From the NCBI GenBank assembly GCA_965660855.1, contig CBFIBM010000001.1:320001-384000 (forward strand): 64,000 nucleotides of DNA. The letters are read 5' to 3'. Position 1 is the stretch's first letter, and each line of letters opens with the position of its first letter. Under the pieces are notes generated by a model that did no database searches, was not told the origin of the DNA, and saw only the letters and a list, made by a program, of their open reading frames with translations. The translations under genes and the position numbers were made by a program. Source of the DNA: an uncultured bacterium. Lineage in GTDB: Bacteria; Fidelibacterota; Marinisomatia; Marinisomatales; UBA1611. Shown here one piece after another: positions 40,943-50,934 of the stretch.

Positions 40943-41647
40943 TTGAACAATCTGAAAAACGATAATATTTATTTAAATAAAAAGGAACATATATACACGT
41001 TAAGATCAAATCCTTCTATTCAATTTACTAGTGTTACAACTTTTGTTGATAAATTTTTTGAAAAATTTGACTCAAAAAAAATTGCTAAAAAACTAGTTGA
41101 AACACACCCTAAATATTCAAACTTAACAATCGAAGAATTAATTAAAGAATGGAAAGATGCTGCTGACCATGGAACTTTTGTTCATGAGGAAATTGAAAGT
41201 TGGATCAATGATGAGAAAATTCCTTCAGAAAATAAATCGAAATATGGAATTAGGTGGCTGCATCAATATAAGAAAAAATCTAATTTGGAGATATTTCCTG
41301 AGATCATTATATATAGCGAGGAACTTAAAATTTCTGGCACAGTAGATATACTTGCCTTAAATAAATATTCAGGTAAATATGATATTATTGATTGGAAAAC
41401 ATCAAAAAAGATAAACAAGAGGTCATTCAATCGTAAAATGGGTATAAAAGCGTCTACTTATAATATTATGGATTGTAATTTTAGTCATTATTCTCTTCAA
41501 TTATCGATGTACAGGTATTTACTTGAGAGATATTATGGCTTGGAAGTTGATAATCAATATATTGTACAATTAAAAGAAGACTCTGCTATTCCATTTTCCA
41601 CGCCTTATATGAAAGAAGATATTATACGGATGCTTGGTGATAACTAA
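40943..41647 (+). CDS. PD-(D/E)XK nuclease (RecB/Cas4-like family)
   Basis: SVTT, GTFVHEEIE, E...SGTVD, IIDWKTS, YSLQLSMY. Confidence 0.8.
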   Translation: MNNLKNDNIYLNKKEHIYTLRSNPSIQFTSVTTFVDKFFEKFDSKKIAKKLVETHPKYSNLTIEELIKEWKDAADHGTFVHEEIESWINDEKIPSENKSKYGIRWLHQYKKKSNLEIFPEIIIYSEELKISGTVDILALNKYSGKYDIIDWKTSKKINKRSFNRKMGIKASTYNIMDCNFSHYSLQLSMYRYLLERYYGLEVDNQYIVQLKEDSAIPFSTPYMKEDIIRMLGDN

Positions 41648-42508
41648 ATGTCCTACATTAAAAAAATTAAAAAAGAAAATAATAACATTATACTTTACAA
41701 GTGCCCAGAGCCTGTTGCTGAACTATTAATACCATCAGGAGAAACTCTTCTCTTAGCTTTTTTAGACGTAGAAACAACTGGACTTAATTACCAAGTTGAT
41801 GAGATAATTGAGCTGGCTGTAAAAGTAATATCAATTGAAAAAAATACTGGTAGTATAATTAATATAGTAAACTCATATGAGTCATTTAATGAATCTATTA
41901 AGCCGATTGATGAGAAAATTACAAAAATAACAGGTATTAATAAAAAAATGGTTCAAGGGAAAGAAATAGATTGGAATAATGTTGAAGAAATTCTTAAAGA
42001 TGTTGATGTTATAATTTCTCATAATGCTTCATTTGATAAACCTTTTATTGATTCAAACTTAGAGTTATCAAAAAATAAATTATGGGCTTGTTCTATGAAA
42101 GATATTGATTGGATGGAGAAAGGGTTTGTTAGTTCCAAACAAGAAATGCTATGTCTATGGCATGGATTTTACTTCGATGCACATCGCGCGATGAATGATG
42201 TAGATGCTTTAATCCATCTTATAACACATCCGTTTTACGAAAATAATAAACCTATTATCGAATTATATAATAATTCAAAAATTGTACAGTATAATGTATG
42301 GGTTACTAATTTCCCATATAATGCTGAGAAAAAAGATAAAATTAAATCCAATGGCTATTTCTGGAATAATGAAAAAAAACTATGGTTCAAGAGAGTGTCT
42401 AAAGAAGAATTGGAAAAAGAAAAGCAATATCTAATAAAAATTATTTATTTTGACACTTTTGATGGATTTATTGAAGCAATAGACCCAAAAGATAAATATA
42501 AATCTTAA
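41648..42508 (+). CDS. DEDDh 3'-5' exonuclease (DnaQ-like)
   Basis: LDVETTG, SHNASFD, HRAMNDVDA. Confidence 0.88.
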   Translation: MSYIKKIKKENNNIILYKCPEPVAELLIPSGETLLLAFLDVETTGLNYQVDEIIELAVKVISIEKNTGSIINIVNSYESFNESIKPIDEKITKITGINKKMVQGKEIDWNNVEEILKDVDVIISHNASFDKPFIDSNLELSKNKLWACSMKDIDWMEKGFVSSKQEMLCLWHGFYFDAHRAMNDVDALIHLITHPFYENNKPIIELYNNSKIVQYNVWVTNFPYNAEKKDKIKSNGYFWNNEKKLWFKRVSKEELEKEKQYLIKIIYFDTFDGFIEAIDPKDKYKS

Positions 42509-42541
42509 AATTTTTTACAACATAGTACCCGAAAAGAGAGT

Positions 42542-43087
42542 ATGTATTTTATGAAATTCATTAAGCTTCCATGTATTGTTCTAGTTTCAAGCCTGTTAAT
42601 TTTTTCTCAATCTAGTTTAGAAAGACAACTGAAAGAATTAGATGAATTAAGGGCAAAGCTTGATGGGTTAAAATCAATAGAAACTAAAGAAAATAATAAT
42701 GGTATGAGTGAAATTGATATTTGGTCATTCATAAAATCTTCATGGGAGAGTCAGCTTAAAGGTGAAGATTGGGTTTCAAAATTTTGCTCAGATGAGGTTT
42801 CTTATTGGAATTCTGAACTACCGATACCATATGATATTGAATCGTTAGCTAGAATTTCATCTTATAAAAAAAATAATACAAAAATGCTTTTTTACGATAT
42901 AAATGAAATTAAAATATTAGTGAAATCAAAGCTAGCATTAGTGTTCTATTATTACAATTCTGAAATTTTAGATGCGAGTGGCAGAATTATCAAGAACCAA
43001 GGGAAAATATCCGATGTAGTAATATTAGAAAATAATCTCTTGAAAATTATATCAAGAATAGAAAATCCGCTTAAGGTTATTGAATAA
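42542..43087 (+). CDS. Secreted protein with NTF2/SnoaL-like (DUF4440-like) domain
   Basis: Signal, short coiled coil, ALVFYYY...GKISDV strand pattern. Confidence 0.5.
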   Translation: MYFMKFIKLPCIVLVSSLLIFSQSSLERQLKELDELRAKLDGLKSIETKENNNGMSEIDIWSFIKSSWESQLKGEDWVSKFCSDEVSYWNSELPIPYDIESLARISSYKKNNTKMLFYDINEIKILVKSKLALVFYYYNSEILDASGRIIKNQGKISDVVILENNLLKIISRIENPLKVIE

Positions 43088-43090
43088 ATA

Positions 43091-43600
43091 GTGCACTTTG
43101 TTTTTAAATATATTTTTTTTATTTCTTTTGTAATTTTTTTTTCATGTAATAGTGATTTGAAAGATAATGCAGGTCTTTTGAAGAGCAACCCAACTGGGTT
43201 TTATGGCGAAAGTTATAAGCCTGATGTTAATTATGATATTTCATCTCTACTAAATGACTCAGATGATTTAATAGGTGAAATTGTTGAGGTTCAAGGCAGG
43301 GTGACTGAAGTCTGTCCATTAAGAGGTTGTTGGGTGAAAATTTCCGATATTTCTAAAAAAGAAACAATTAGAGTAAAAGTTGACGATGGTGAAATTATTT
43401 TTCCTCTTTCAGCGCTTGATAGAATAATTAATGTCAAGGGAATTTTTAAAAAAATTTTATTTACTGAAGAGCAAGCAATTAATTGGAAGGTTCATCTCGC
43501 CGAGGAAAAGGGAATACCTATAAAGCCTGAAATGGTAATAATAAATGAAGAAGATTTATTTGAATTTAGGATTGACTGTTCTTCAGCTCAAATTTTCTAA
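43091..43600 (+). CDS. DUF4920-family lipoprotein
   Basis: Lipobox FSC; GRVTEVCPLRGCW, VKVDDGEIIFP, HLAEE. Confidence 0.75.
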   Translation: MHFVFKYIFFISFVIFFSCNSDLKDNAGLLKSNPTGFYGESYKPDVNYDISSLLNDSDDLIGEIVEVQGRVTEVCPLRGCWVKISDISKKETIRVKVDDGEIIFPLSALDRIINVKGIFKKILFTEEQAINWKVHLAEEKGIPIKPEMVIINEEDLFEFRIDCSSAQIF

Positions 43601-43608
43601 TAATTAAA

Positions 43609-44007
43609 TTGATTAAAAGTCATATGATTGGTGTAGTAGGCGGAATAATTAAGAAAGATCAAAAAGTTTTGATATGTAGAAGAAACCTAAATCAACCAAT
43701 GCCCGGATATTGGGAGTTTCCTGGTGGAAAAATTGAATTTGGAGAAACTGAGAAAGAATGTCTTAGAAGGGAATTAAAAGAAGAATTAGATATTAACTCA
43801 AAAGTCGGTACTTTAATTAGCAATTATAAATATAATTATTCTGAAAAATCTTTTAATTTATTTTTTTATAATATTTCTAGTTACAAAGGAAAAATTAAAA
43901 ATAGAGTTCACGATAAAATAATTTGGGAAAAAATAGAAAATTTTAAAAAGTATAAATTTCTTCCTGGTGATGTACCTTTAATAAATGAATTTCTAAAGCT
44001 AAAATAA
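43609..44007 (+). CDS. MutT/NudG-like NUDIX hydrolase
   Basis: WEFPGGKIEFGETEKECLRRELKEEL. Confidence 0.9.
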   Translation: MIKSHMIGVVGGIIKKDQKVLICRRNLNQPMPGYWEFPGGKIEFGETEKECLRRELKEELDINSKVGTLISNYKYNYSEKSFNLFFYNISSYKGKIKNRVHDKIIWEKIENFKKYKFLPGDVPLINEFLKLK

Positions 44008-44013
44008 TTAACA

Positions 44014-45072
44014 ATGGAGAAATACAGGAAAATAATTCATGTAGATATGGATGCTTTTTATGCTTCAGTTGAAGTATTAGATAATCCTGAATTAATTGGA
44101 AAGGCTGTAGTTGTTGGCAGTGATAGTAATAGAGGAGTTATTGCAGCTGCATCTTATGAAGCTCGCAAATATGGTATTCGATCAGCTATGGCATCAGTAA
44201 CAGCTAAAAAAAAATGTAAAAGTTTAATTTTTATAAAACCAAGAATGAATCGGTATCGTGAAGTTTCAAAGCAAATTAAAAATATTTTTTTTGAATATAC
44301 AAATTTAGTAGAACCTTTATCTTTGGATGAAGCTTATTTAGATGTCAGTAATCATAAGATACTGGCAAGTGATATAGCATTTTTAATAAGAAAAAAGATT
44401 TTTAAAAATATAGGAATTACAGCCTCGGCAGGGATATCAATCAATAAATTTGTTGCTAAGATGGCTACAAACTGCAATAAACCGAATGGTCAAAAAACAA
44501 TACATCCTCTGAAAGTAAATACTTTTATAGACAGCCTACCGATAGATAAATTCTTTGGTATTGGCAAAGTTACTGCAAAAAAAATGAGAAATTTTAATAT
44601 TCATACTGGATCAGATCTACGAAAATTAGACTTACCTTTTTTAATTAAAAATTTTGGTAAATCAGGTAAGAAATATTTTGATGTAATTAGAAATAATAGT
44701 ATCAGCCCAGTGAATCCAAATCGCATAAGAAAATCTATTGGAGTAGAACACACTTTTAAACAAGATCTTGTATCAGTTGACTCCATGAAAGTAGAGCTTC
44801 AAAAATTATGTGAAGAATTAGAAGGAAGAATGAAGAAAAAGAAAAAAAAAGGAAGAACCATTACATTGAAACTCAAGTATAGTGACTTTACTCAATTAAC
44901 CAGAAGCCATACAAAAAATGAATATATAAAAAACCAATCTGAAATTATTAAAATCTGCAAACAGTTTTTATATGAGCTCGACCTCAGTAAACCAGTTAGA
45001 TTATTAGGGGTATCTCTTTCAAAATTAAATTTACATAATAATTATACAAATCAAATAAACCTTAATTTTTAA
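44014..45072 (+). CDS. dinB: DNA polymerase IV
   Basis: IIHVDMDAFYASVE, SYEARKYGIRSAM, SLDEAYLD, KPNGQ, VRLLGV. Confidence 0.95.
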   Translation: MEKYRKIIHVDMDAFYASVEVLDNPELIGKAVVVGSDSNRGVIAAASYEARKYGIRSAMASVTAKKKCKSLIFIKPRMNRYREVSKQIKNIFFEYTNLVEPLSLDEAYLDVSNHKILASDIAFLIRKKIFKNIGITASAGISINKFVAKMATNCNKPNGQKTIHPLKVNTFIDSLPIDKFFGIGKVTAKKMRNFNIHTGSDLRKLDLPFLIKNFGKSGKKYFDVIRNNSISPVNPNRIRKSIGVEHTFKQDLVSVDSMKVELQKLCEELEGRMKKKKKKGRTITLKLKYSDFTQLTRSHTKNEYIKNQSEIIKICKQFLYELDLSKPVRLLGVSLSKLNLHNNYTNQINLNF

Positions 45073-45078
45073 CATTTA

Positions 45079-45654
45079 ATGGAAAAAAAATATAATTTTC
45101 AAAAAATAAATATTGATAAAATAGGAAATTTTTATTTAAGATATAGTAAAAAGATAAAACGAATTAAAATATCAATTAATCTGATCGGTGATCTTTTGGT
45201 TGTGGTTCCAAATCATAATACTTATGAAGATGCAATTAGATTTATAAACTCGAATATTAAATGGATAACAAAAAATAAAAATAAAACTTTTAGTAAAAAG
45301 ATAAATATCATTAGTTTCAATTTTAATAAGGATTCATTGGCTGATTTTAAACTAAAAATAAAATTAAAAGTGGACCAAATTTGCGTGAAATATAATTTTA
45401 AGTATAATAAAATCTATTTTAAAAATATGATTTCTAGATGGGGAAGTTGCAGTAGCAAAAATAATATTTCTTTTAATACTTTGATGTATCACTTAAAAGA
45501 GGATCTTCAAGATTATATCATTAAACATGAATTGTTACATACAAAAATTAAAAATCATAGCAATAAATATTGGAACGAGCTTGAAAAGATTTGTGAGGAC
45601 TCTAGATATAAAAATGCGATTATTAAAAGATCGTATTTCATAAAACATTATTAA
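45079..45654 (+). CDS. YgjP/DUF45-family metal-dependent hydrolase
   Basis: SRWGSCSS, DYIIKHELLH, NHS..YW. Confidence 0.85.
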   Translation: MEKKYNFQKINIDKIGNFYLRYSKKIKRIKISINLIGDLLVVVPNHNTYEDAIRFINSNIKWITKNKNKTFSKKINIISFNFNKDSLADFKLKIKLKVDQICVKYNFKYNKIYFKNMISRWGSCSSKNNISFNTLMYHLKEDLQDYIIKHELLHTKIKNHSNKYWNELEKICEDSRYKNAIIKRSYFIKHY

Positions 45655-45669
45655 CTTAAAATTTTCCTT

Positions 45670-45774
45670 GTGGATTATGATAAAAATGAATTAAAGAAAA
45701 GGTTGCCATTAAATATTATCGCAATTATTCTATCTGCATTATTAATTTATCTTTTCTTTTTATTAATCAAATAA
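45670..45774 (+). CDS. Possible 34-aa single-TM peptide
   Basis: GTG...TAA reading MDYDKNELKKRLPLNIIAIILSALLIYLFFLLIK; no clear RBS. Confidence 0.3.
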   Translation: MDYDKNELKKRLPLNIIAIILSALLIYLFFLLIK

Positions 45775-45847
45775 TATAATTTATTGATGTCTTTATGATT
45801 ATAAAATATCAATTCAAATTTTAGTACATAGATGGCAATTATTTAAA

Positions 45848-46579
45848 ATGATTGATGCTCAGTTTTTTTTTATAACTATTTTATTGATTCTTTTTGTAGC
45901 TGGAACTTTTCACTTTAAGACACCAAAAGCTTCAATTCCATTATTTATTATATACATATATTTTGTATTTTTTTCAGATACAACTAATTATGCAGATGAA
46001 ATAATATTAACTGACAAGTCAGTTAATATTGAAAATAAACCTTATTCCTCAGATATAGATAGTAAGTCCAATGATATAATAATTAAGCCGGTAAAACCAA
46101 CGTTTGAACCTAAACCCCTAACATTTGATTTAGATAGAAAAAAACTTAGAAATGATAAAAAACAGGAAGAAGAATTAATAAATCCTAAACTGGAAAATAA
46201 AAAAAATATTGTTGAAGAAAAAACGACCTTTCCTTCAAGTTCTGAACTTGTTTTAAAAGATATTATGATTTGTAAAAATATTGAACAAAGAACACCAGTT
46301 GGTGCTGATATCATTTTTACTAACAATGTTGATTCGCTTTATTGCTTTTCTAGAATTAAAAACCCTGGTGAAAAAAAAGAGATTAAGCATGCCTGGTATT
46401 ATGAAAATAGATTAATGACTCAGGTAAGGTACAATATAAAAAAATCCAATACATATCGTTCTTGGACAAAAAAAACTATTCTTCCTTCACAAATAGGTAA
46501 TTGGCGTGTGGACATACATGATAATTATGGTACAATAATTGGAAGTAAAAAATTTAAAATTGTTGAAGTTGAAAATTAG
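45848..46579 (+). CDS. DUF2914-domain membrane protein
   Basis: C-terminal ICKNIEQRTPVG, LYCFS, HAWY, YRSWTKK, GNWRVD. Confidence 0.8.
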   Translation: MIDAQFFFITILLILFVAGTFHFKTPKASIPLFIIYIYFVFFSDTTNYADEIILTDKSVNIENKPYSSDIDSKSNDIIIKPVKPTFEPKPLTFDLDRKKLRNDKKQEEELINPKLENKKNIVEEKTTFPSSSELVLKDIMICKNIEQRTPVGADIIFTNNVDSLYCFSRIKNPGEKKEIKHAWYYENRLMTQVRYNIKKSNTYRSWTKKTILPSQIGNWRVDIHDNYGTIIGSKKFKIVEVEN

Positions 46580-47504
46580 TTATTTTTACATAATCTTAAT
46601 ATTTACTTTTCTTTCTCATTCTTGTCAGCCAATAGAAAAAGAAAAATCAATTGAAATGAATTGGACATCATTTGATTTAGATATGCCAAAAGGTATCCAA
46701 ATACTTCAAGGAGTTAATAAAGAAATCCCTCTTAAGGCTTGGGTTGCTATAGTTGATTTAAGTAATGAAAAAATTACAGCTAAAATTTTATCATCTTTCG
46801 ATAAAGATAGAATGGAAACACCAAGTCAATTTATGCTAAATACTAATGCTCTTATAGTAATGAATGGAGGGTATTTTATTTCAAATAAAATACCAGCAAG
46901 CCATGTGGGTCTTTTAAAAACTGATGGAATTCTAAGGGAGCCTGCAAGTCCTTCACTGTTAAAAGATAACCTTAGGTATTTTATATCAAGGGGTGCATTC
47001 GGTTTAAGTAGAGATGGCTTCCCAGATATAGCCTGGGCAACAACTAAAATGGACTCAATATTCCAATTAGTAAAGCCCATTAATAATCGTCCTGGATTTG
47101 CAGCACATCCTATTCCAAAAGATGAGAAAATTCATTGGAATGTTTACGGAGCAATACATGCTGGGCCAGTTTTAATGTCGAATGGAGAGATAAATATAAC
47201 CCTTGAAGAAGAAGTTTTTTTTAATACCCCTATAGCAGGTGTACACCCTCGTTCTGCAATTGGATATACAAAAAAGAATGAATTAATAATGATGGTCGTC
47301 GATGGAAGACAGCCTGAAAGTAGAGGTGTATATTTAGAAGAATTAGCAATTATGCTTAAGTCGTTTAATTGTCATGAGGCTTTAAATTTAGATGGAGGTG
47401 GCTCAAGCGCTATTGTTGCAGATACTAGATTATTAAATAGACCTTCTGGTCTAACTTCTCAAAGAGAGGTTATGTCTGCAATAGGAATTTACTATAATAA
47501 ATAA
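46539..47504 (+). CDS. Phosphodiester glycosidase (NAGPA/DUF2233) family lipoprotein
   Basis: NGGYF, AGPVL, HPRSAIG, VVDGRQ, ALNLDGGGSS. Confidence 0.88.
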   Translation: MEVKNLKLLKLKISYFYIILIFTFLSHSCQPIEKEKSIEMNWTSFDLDMPKGIQILQGVNKEIPLKAWVAIVDLSNEKITAKILSSFDKDRMETPSQFMLNTNALIVMNGGYFISNKIPASHVGLLKTDGILREPASPSLLKDNLRYFISRGAFGLSRDGFPDIAWATTKMDSIFQLVKPINNRPGFAAHPIPKDEKIHWNVYGAIHAGPVLMSNGEINITLEEEVFFNTPIAGVHPRSAIGYTKKNELIMMVVDGRQPESRGVYLEELAIMLKSFNCHEALNLDGGGSSAIVADTRLLNRPSGLTSQREVMSAIGIYYNK

Positions 47505-47505
47505 A

Positions 47506-48120
47506 ATGAATTTACTGAGAGAAGTATATGATTGGATTTTGACCTGGGCTGATAAACCTTCTGGGGGTAAAATTTTAGGAATGATTTCTGCTGCTGAAGC
47601 TTCTTTTTTCCCCATACCTCCTGATATTCTTTTGATACCTCTAGCTTTAGGAAATAGGAAGAAAGCTCTAATGTATGCAGCTATCTGCAGTGTTTCATCT
47701 GTGATTGGTGCTATTGTTGGATATTCTATAGGTAAATGGCTTTGGTATTCTCAGCCAAATGTTTTTTCTGATTTTGCAGAATTTTTTTTCCTTCATATTC
47801 CGGGTTTTTCTCATGATTCATTTGAAAAAATAAAAGTACTTTATGAAAAATATAACTTCTTAATTATATTTACTGCAGGCTTTACTCCTATACCGTTTAA
47901 ACTTTTTACAGTAAGCGCAGGAGCTTTTAATATCAATTTATTTTTATTTTTTCTAGCTTCAACTGTTAGTAGAGGTGCAAGATTTTTTATCATTGCTTTT
48001 CTAATAAAATATTTTGGAGAACCAGTTAAATTATTAATAGATAAGTATTTTAATATTTTAGCTATTTTATTTACACTATTTTTAATATTTGGATTTGTAT
48101 TATTAAAATATATTTTGTGA
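47506..48120 (+). CDS. YqaA/DedA-family membrane protein
   Basis: EASFFPIPPD, GFTPIPFKLFT, SRGARFF. Confidence 0.9.
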   Translation: MNLLREVYDWILTWADKPSGGKILGMISAAEASFFPIPPDILLIPLALGNRKKALMYAAICSVSSVIGAIVGYSIGKWLWYSQPNVFSDFAEFFFLHIPGFSHDSFEKIKVLYEKYNFLIIFTAGFTPIPFKLFTVSAGAFNINLFLFFLASTVSRGARFFIIAFLIKYFGEPVKLLIDKYFNILAILFTLFLIFGFVLLKYIL

Positions 48121-48169
48121 TTACATAAGACTTATTGATTTTCATAAAATCAACTTTTATATTATAGAT

Positions 48170-48721
48170 ATGTATAAAGAAGATCATAGTCACTCAGAAG
48201 AAGATAGTCGGTGGTATAAGGAGATCGAATCTAGGGAAATAGATTCCGATCTTATGAGGGCAGTTAGTATTAATGATCCAATCTCTAAAATTGGCCTTAT
48301 TGAACCTCCTATTGTTGAAGTTGGTACCAGTCTAAAAAATGCACTAAACCTTCTCCAAAAAGAACAAAAAAACTGTCTTTTAATCTTAGAAAATGATTCA
48401 TTAGTTGGTATTCTCACAGAACGGGATATATTATTAAAGGTTACAGGTAAAGGTTATGACTTTGGTTTAGTTACAGTTGATGAGTTCATGACAGCTAATC
48501 CCGAATACCTTAACCCTGAAGATCCACTTGCATATGCACTTAATAAAATGCACGTTGGTGGTTTTAGGCATGTTCCAATTTTAAATGCCTCACGTAAGCC
48601 AATTGGACTCATAAGCATAAACAATATTATTTCAACCATTGCAGATTATTTTAGTCGTGAAATCATAAATCTTCCTCCACTAAATAGAATAGTAGACTCC
48701 AAAATGAGAGAGGGTGGATAA
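48170..48721 (+). CDS. CBS-pair protein
   Basis: LVGILTERD, FMTANP, GFRHVPI. Confidence 0.88.
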   Translation: MYKEDHSHSEEDSRWYKEIESREIDSDLMRAVSINDPISKIGLIEPPIVEVGTSLKNALNLLQKEQKNCLLILENDSLVGILTERDILLKVTGKGYDFGLVTVDEFMTANPEYLNPEDPLAYALNKMHVGGFRHVPILNASRKPIGLISINNIISTIADYFSREIINLPPLNRIVDSKMREGG

Positions 48722-49472
48722 ATATTTAACTTTTTACCAAATTTTTAATAGAAAAAGAAATATTTCAAAATCTTTTTTACTCTTATTATCAATTCTATTA
48801 AGCCAAGATTTCAGGGATCCTCAATTCAATATTAATTTTGATAATTACATTGATGTTCTAGATGAAAACCTATCAGCTTCTTTCTTTGGCGAAATATCGA
48901 GTAACCAAATAGATGATTTAAATATAAATTGCATAGTAAACTTCAATAATCTTCCACAAGATTGGGTCTTTGCTACTTGCATAAATACTAATTGCTATAG
49001 CTCAAATATTGACACAATAGTTTTTCCTTTAAGCTCTAATCTACCATCTAATATAAGAATTGATGTAGCAGCTACCACTTTAGATATAGGTAACATTGAG
49101 CTCGAATTTTTCGATGAAAATAGCCCTACAGAAAAACTATACTCTTCTTTAACAATTTCAAATTATTTATCAGAAATAAATACTGATTTTAGATTTAAAA
49201 ATTTTCACTTAATTGCTTACCCTAATCCTTTTAATAGTAATTTAAATATAAAAATTGCTAGCAAAATTTCAGAATTTGTCTCAATTAGTATTTTTAATGT
49301 AAAAGGTGAATCAGTTAAGGTCTTTGATGATTTTCAAGTCTACTCCGGAGAAACTATTTTAAAGTGGTCTGGTATTAATAGTTATGGAAATGAAATTCAA
49401 TCAGGAATTTATTTCATCCTTATTAAGGGTAATTTTTTTAAGGATTATATTGAAGTACTTTATATAAAATAA
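48714..49472 (+). CDS. Secreted Ig-like protein with C-terminal sorting domain
   Basis: LPQDW...C...CY; AYPNPFN, IFNVKG, W.G...G....SGIYF. Confidence 0.7.
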   Translation: MDKYLTFYQIFNRKRNISKSFLLLLSILLSQDFRDPQFNINFDNYIDVLDENLSASFFGEISSNQIDDLNINCIVNFNNLPQDWVFATCINTNCYSSNIDTIVFPLSSNLPSNIRIDVAATTLDIGNIELEFFDENSPTEKLYSSLTISNYLSEINTDFRFKNFHLIAYPNPFNSNLNIKIASKISEFVSISIFNVKGESVKVFDDFQVYSGETILKWSGINSYGNEIQSGIYFILIKGNFFKDYIEVLYIK

Positions 49473-49498
49473 ATATTATAATTTTTTATGGAGGTTAT

Positions 49499-50854
49499 AT
49501 GCTCATAGTAAGAATAATCATTTTTTATATATTATTTTTTAATCTAATTATTTCTAAGACATTAAATGATAAATATACAGATATTTCTCTTCAAATTATT
49601 TCACAAGCATTAACGGATAGTACAGCATATCATAGGCTTGCTCATATGTGCGACAAATTTGGACCACGTTTGAGTGGAAGCTCTAACCTTGAAAATTCAA
49701 TTAATTGGATTTTAAAAGAAATGAAGAATGATGGTTTGGATAATGTAAAAGGCGAAAGAGTACGGGTACCAGTTTGGAAAAGAGGGGATGAATATATTAG
49801 GTTATTGAAACCACATATAAGAGAATTAAACATGCTAGGACTAGGTGGTAGCGTTCCTACTCCTAAGGGTGGTATAGTTGCTGACCTTATTGTAGTTGAA
49901 AATTTTGATGAGTTGAAAGAAAAAAAAGATAAGGTCAAAGGGAAAATTGTTCTATACAATTGCTCTTTTACAAATTATGGTGAAACGGTAGCATATAGAT
50001 ATTTTGGAGCTATTGAGGCTGCTAAATATGGAGCAGTTGCTAGTTTAGTAAGATCAATAGGACCTTGGTCAATGGATACACCGCATACGGGATTAATGGG
50101 ATATGATAACAATATAAAAAAAATACCACATGCTGCTATAACGATGGAGGATGCGATGAGTTTCAGTCGGCTTTATAAAAGTGGAGAAAAGATCACATTA
50201 AAAATTAAAATGGATGCTAAAACGGGTGGAGATGGTTGGTCTAGGAATGTAATTTCTGAAATAAGAGGATCAAAATACCCAGATGAAATTATTGTAATTG
50301 GTGGTCATATTGATTCATGGGATGTTGGACAGGGAGCTCATGATGATGGAGGCGCTTGCATTGCTTCTTGGGAGGTTTTAAGAATTATTAAATTATTAGG
50401 TTTAAAGCCTAAGAGAACTATAAGGTGCGTATTATGGACAAATGAAGAAAATGGTTTGATGGGCGCACAGGCGTATAGGGACATGCATCTTGATGAAATG
50501 AAAAAACACATAGTTGCAATAGAATCTGATGGAGGTGTATTTGCCCCTGAAGGTTTTGGGTTTACTGGAAATGAAAAAGATTTTGAATTGATAAAAGATA
50601 TACATGAACTCTTAAAACCTTTAAAAGCAAATAATGCAACAAAAGGTGGTTTAGCTGCAGATATCGGTCCTTTACATGATGAGGGTGTTCCTGTGATGTC
50701 CTTGAAGGTGAATTCTTCAAAGTATTTTTGGTACCATCATTCACCAGCAGATACGTTTGATAAGGTTGATTTTATTGAATTTAATAGCTGCGTGGCTTCA
50801 ATGGCTATAATGGCATTTACCTTAGCAGATCTTGAAGAGACATTATCACGATAA
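49499..50854 (+). CDS. M28 peptidase (carboxypeptidase Q-like)
   Basis: GPRLSGS, PA domain, GGHIDSWDVGQGAHDDG, NEENG, ESD, HHSPADT. Confidence 0.9.
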   Translation: MLIVRIIIFYILFFNLIISKTLNDKYTDISLQIISQALTDSTAYHRLAHMCDKFGPRLSGSSNLENSINWILKEMKNDGLDNVKGERVRVPVWKRGDEYIRLLKPHIRELNMLGLGGSVPTPKGGIVADLIVVENFDELKEKKDKVKGKIVLYNCSFTNYGETVAYRYFGAIEAAKYGAVASLVRSIGPWSMDTPHTGLMGYDNNIKKIPHAAITMEDAMSFSRLYKSGEKITLKIKMDAKTGGDGWSRNVISEIRGSKYPDEIIVIGGHIDSWDVGQGAHDDGGACIASWEVLRIIKLLGLKPKRTIRCVLWTNEENGLMGAQAYRDMHLDEMKKHIVAIESDGGVFAPEGFGFTGNEKDFELIKDIHELLKPLKANNATKGGLAADIGPLHDEGVPVMSLKVNSSKYFWYHHSPADTFDKVDFIEFNSCVASMAIMAFTLADLEETLSR

Positions 50855-50934
50855 TTTCTTATTAAAGATGGAGATTTTATTATTTAAAAAACCTTATATT
50901 TTCACCTATTTTTAATAACATATGGTGTTTTTTT

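Noticed and set aside
40943..41647. Cas4 / CRISPR system
   Set aside because: No four-Cys Fe-S motif, no other cas genes and no repeat-spacer array seen in the window.
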